A stretch of 64,000 nt of DNA from an uncultured Clostridia bacterium (GTDB lineage Bacteria; Bacillota; Clostridia; Christensenellales; CAG-917): the NCBI GenBank assembly GCA_947625145.1, contig CANQNC010000002.1:22576-86575 (forward strand), read 5' to 3'. Position numbers and translations under genes: made by a program. How positions within the stretch are numbered: position 1 is the stretch's first letter; each line of letters begins with the position of its first letter. Of the stretch, positions 61,519 to 64,000 are shown in pieces. The notes beneath the pieces are model-generated. The model did no database searches and was not told the origin of the DNA. It saw only the letters and a list, made by a program, of their open reading frames with translations.

Positions 61519-61750
61519 CTTTCACTATTATATTTACGTTGACATCATATCCTCTCCACTCGCACTATTTGACGCTAGGGGTTTAACTTTATTAAAACGT
61601 TTCAGTTTGTGAGGGATTTTCGTATCCGCTTAAAAAGCTAAATATTTTCATTGTGTGGATTTAATTTTGACGTTTTGATTTTCACTTTTTGGGGTTGCAC
61701 TTATAAATGTATCCGCATTTATTCGCTCAAAAACCACATAAATATATTAT

Positions 61751-61916
61751 GTAAAACGGCGATATTGAGATGAAGAGCAAGGAAAAGCCCATTTTGCGAA
61801 CCGCCAAATGTACACTTAGTACATGACTTGGCAGACGAGAGTTGTTCGCCCGTATCAATAATAATATATTTGTAAAACCGCAATATTTGGATGCTAGTTG
61901 GTTATAACGCATAGCG
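61751..61916. repeat. Decayed copies of the same element family (copy B and a deleted A-type remnant)
   Basis: 34-nt core 61803-61836 identical to 62021-62054; GATGAAGAGCAAGGAA at 61769 and 61987; 61872-61916 matches both ends of copy A in reverse orientation with the centre missing. Confidence 0.75.
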
Positions 61917-61968
61917 CCGCGTGTGAGGGGATAAGGTATGATGATACAAAATCAAAATATAAGGACGT

Positions 61969-62098
61969 GTAAAACCGCCTGTACGGGATGAAGAGCAAGG
62001 AAGCGCCCCCTGAATGACAAGCCAAATGTACACTTAGTACATGACTTGGCAGACAGGGGGGCGCTGACGCAGCTATTCGCCCGTACAGGCGGTTTTAC
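61969..62098. repeat. Palindromic MITE/REP-like element copy C (130 bp)
   Basis: Perfect 19-bp terminal inverted repeat GTAAAACCGCCTGTACGGG; inner stems AGCGCCCCCTG / CAGGGGGGCGCT and GCCAA / TTGGC; apical ATGTAC-N5-GTACAT. Confidence 0.85.
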
Positions 62099-62958
62099 CT
62101 GAAGAGTTTGAGGGTGTGGGAAATAACGGACCCCTCAATAAACTCCGCGCCGAAGATCTCGCCGTCCGCTTCGAAGCGGCTGTCATCCAGCACTTCTATG
62201 CGCACGGTTTTGCCCTCGAAAACCTCTGTGTAGTCCTTTTTCACATGCTTTGCGGAGAGGAAGCCGGGGAGCTCGATGGGGATACGGCTCTTTTTCATCT
62301 CGTTGACCACGACTATGCTCAGCTTGCCGTCGTCCACAACGCCGCCCGGGCAGATGGGGATCCCGCCGCCGATGCTTTTGCCGTTGCCGATGCCTATCAT
62401 AAACACGCTTCTTTCCATTGGCTCGCCGTCGTCTATCGTAAGGCGCAATTTGTGCCACTTCGGATGCGCCAGCACATAGAACAGCGCAAGATAATATCCT
62501 ATCTTTCCGCCGCCCTTTTCGGCGTGCCGCAAAAGGACATCCACGTCCATTCCCGCGCCCAGCACGTTCAGACAGCGGCGGTCGTTGAGCTGTATGAAGT
62601 CCACATACTGTTCGTTGCCTTTCAAAATCAGCTCCACCGCTTTTTTCACGTCCTTCGGGTGCCCCGAGGCTGTCACAAAGTCGTTGCCCGTGCCGCAGGG
62701 GATAAGCCCCATCGTGACGTTTTCAAAGTTCTGTATGCCGTTCAAGACCTCGTTGAACGAGCCGTCCCCGCCAAGCACAAGCAGTTTGACGTCGGGGGAG
62801 GCGGAAAGCTCCTTCGCGATTTCGGTCGCGTGACCTTTGCGCTCGGTTTTGTGCACTTCGTAGGTCGCTCCCGCTTCGGCGAGCATGCGCTCCACCACCT
62901 TCAAAGCCTTCAGACTTTTGCCTTTGCCGCCCATTGGATTTACGATAATATGATACAT
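62095..62958 (-). CDS. Diacylglycerol/lipid kinase family protein (YegS/BmrU/DagK-like)
   Basis: IIVNPMGG, GGDGSFNEVLNG, IPCGTGNDF, GNGKSIGGG, DDGKL, EADGE. Confidence 0.93.
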   Translation of the reverse strand: MYHIIVNPMGGKGKSLKALKVVERMLAEAGATYEVHKTERKGHATEIAKELSASPDVKLLVLGGDGSFNEVLNGIQNFENVTMGLIPCGTGNDFVTASGHPKDVKKAVELILKGNEQYVDFIQLNDRRCLNVLGAGMDVDVLLRHAEKGGGKIGYYLALFYVLAHPKWHKLRLTIDDGEPMERSVFMIGIGNGKSIGGGIPICPGGVVDDGKLSIVVVNEMKKSRIPIELPGFLSAKHVKKDYTEVFEGKTVRIEVLDDSRFEADGEIFGAEFIEGSVISHTLKLFR

Positions 62959-63026
62959 ATCCTCTCTCCGAGATTTTCTTTTTCCATTTTAGAACAGCGA
63001 GGGGCGGATTGTCAACTCAAAAGCAA

Positions 63027-63053
63027 AAATATCGGACACAATGTCCGATATTT
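63027..63053. promoter_or_regulatory. Perfect inverted repeat (candidate operator) between divergent promoters
   Basis: AAATATCGGACA-CAA-TGTCCGATATTT; flanked by a minus-strand TTGACA (63010-63015) and a plus-strand TTGACA (63104-63109). Confidence 0.5.
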
Positions 63054-63245
63054 CGTCCGCAATTCGTACATCACGGGCGCGGCGCACGCGAGAGGGGGCG
63101 CGCTTGACAGAAAATCGCCGCAATGATAATATATTATTACGCATAATACATATACCGTTCATGCGCGCATGGCGCATGCGCGTTTACACTCGCATGGCGC
63201 GCGTTGTTTGTTCGGGGCGGAACACGCCTCGCATAGGAGGAGACG

Positions 63246-64000
63246 GTGAAGAAGAAAACTTGGCTGATATGTCTTTCGATCGCGGCGGTTGCCGTTTTGG
63301 CGGCGACGCTTTTCGGTTGCAATTTCGGCGGCGGCACACAGAACAACAAAAACAATCCCGTCACGCTGTCGGGTCTGACCTTTCCGGGCAACTACAACGA
63401 CGGGTGGGTCCTTGAGGGCGACACTCTCAAAAAGACCTTTCCCTACACGGGGGAGGAGATCAGGCCCTTCGACTTTTACAAGATCAGAGTGGGCGGCAAG
63501 GACAGCGGGTTTACGCTGAGCTACGCCGACAACGTGGAAGTGGGCAAGGCGTCCTGCACGCTGAAGATGAACGAGGGAGAATTCTTTTCGGGAAGCGTGA
63601 CCTTTTATTTCAACATAACAAAGGGCGAGGCGGTCGCGCAAAACAAGGAGCAACTGCTTGCGTTTTTGCAAAACGATTCCTACGATCTTGTCCTCGTCGA
63701 GGGCGAGTTGGACATGCAGGGCGAGGATCTGATCGTGCCCGAGGGAAAGAGAGTCAGGCTTCGCGAGGGCTACGTGAAGGGCGTAACGCGCTATGGCTAC
63801 GGCGTCTTGAACAGCCTAGACGATCTGACCGTAAACGGCGCCCTCGAAGTTTCGGATTGGGGCAGGCTGTTTGTGCTTGGGAAGTTGACTGTAAACGGCG
63901 AGTTCAAAATGGACGGCGCGAGCTTCCCGCAGGACGCGAAAGTGGAGATAGACGGCGAGACGGAAAACAACGGCATTGTCGAATTGGGCGCAAGCGCGAG
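63246..64000 (+). CDS. Surface lipoprotein with an Ig/MBG-like domain; partial, runs off the window edge
   Basis: Not in the ORF track. AGGAGG RBS, GTG 63246: MKKKTWLICLSIAAVAVLAATLFGC lipobox, then YTGEEIRP...SYADNVEVGKAS...SGSVTFYFNI; open to the end. Confidence 0.88.
   Translation, partial: MKKKTWLICLSIAAVAVLAATLFGCNFGGGTQNNKNNPVTLSGLTFPGNYNDGWVLEGDTLKKTFPYTGEEIRPFDFYKIRVGGKDSGFTLSYADNVEVGKASCTLKMNEGEFFSGSVTFYFNITKGEAVAQNKEQLLAFLQNDSYDLVLVEGELDMQGEDLIVPEGKRVRLREGYVKGVTRYGYGVLNSLDDLTVNGALEVSDWGRLFVLGKLTVNGEFKMDGASFPQDAKVEIDGETENNGIVELGASA

Noticed and set aside
61418-61912. Small ORFs 61418-61612 (+) and 61727-61912 (-) as toxin or leader peptides
   Set aside because: They run through the palindromic repeats (the shared KYCGFT comes from the terminal repeat) and lack an RBS

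Overview
Chromosomal segment of a fairly GC-rich, spore-forming Clostridia-type bacterium (inferred from spoIIR, sleB-ypeB, spmA-spmB and metG-tatD-rsmA; a finer taxon cannot be proven from this window). No rRNA, tRNA, CRISPR-cas, integrase or transposase genes were seen. The left half (1-30.7 kb) carries housekeeping and sporulation genes, three tandem BspA-type LRR genes without signal peptides, and two intact hydrolase homologues that appear to have lost their catalytic residues. The dominant feature is one 27.4-kb ORF (31002-58451, 9149 aa) with a consensus sigmaA promoter, a strong RBS and its own terminator. It encodes a lipoprotein made of about 14 highly diverged beta-rich modules (motif GxY...LYxDLS), separated by flexible linkers carrying a conserved (D/E/A)-A-L-x-A-A motif and decorated with Tyr/Gly/Asp-rich insertions, and ending in about 2400 aa of Ig-like repeats. 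This is the best candidate for an undescribed system. Other unexplained signals: (i) at least seven genes appear leaderless, including sporulation genes; (ii) a cluster of ~130-bp palindromic elements at 61.4-62.1 kb with conserved loops but different stems, whose ends supply the stop codons of both flanking genes; (iii) recurrent 22-25-bp-period tandem repeats in intergenic regions. All family assignments are by eye, without database searches.
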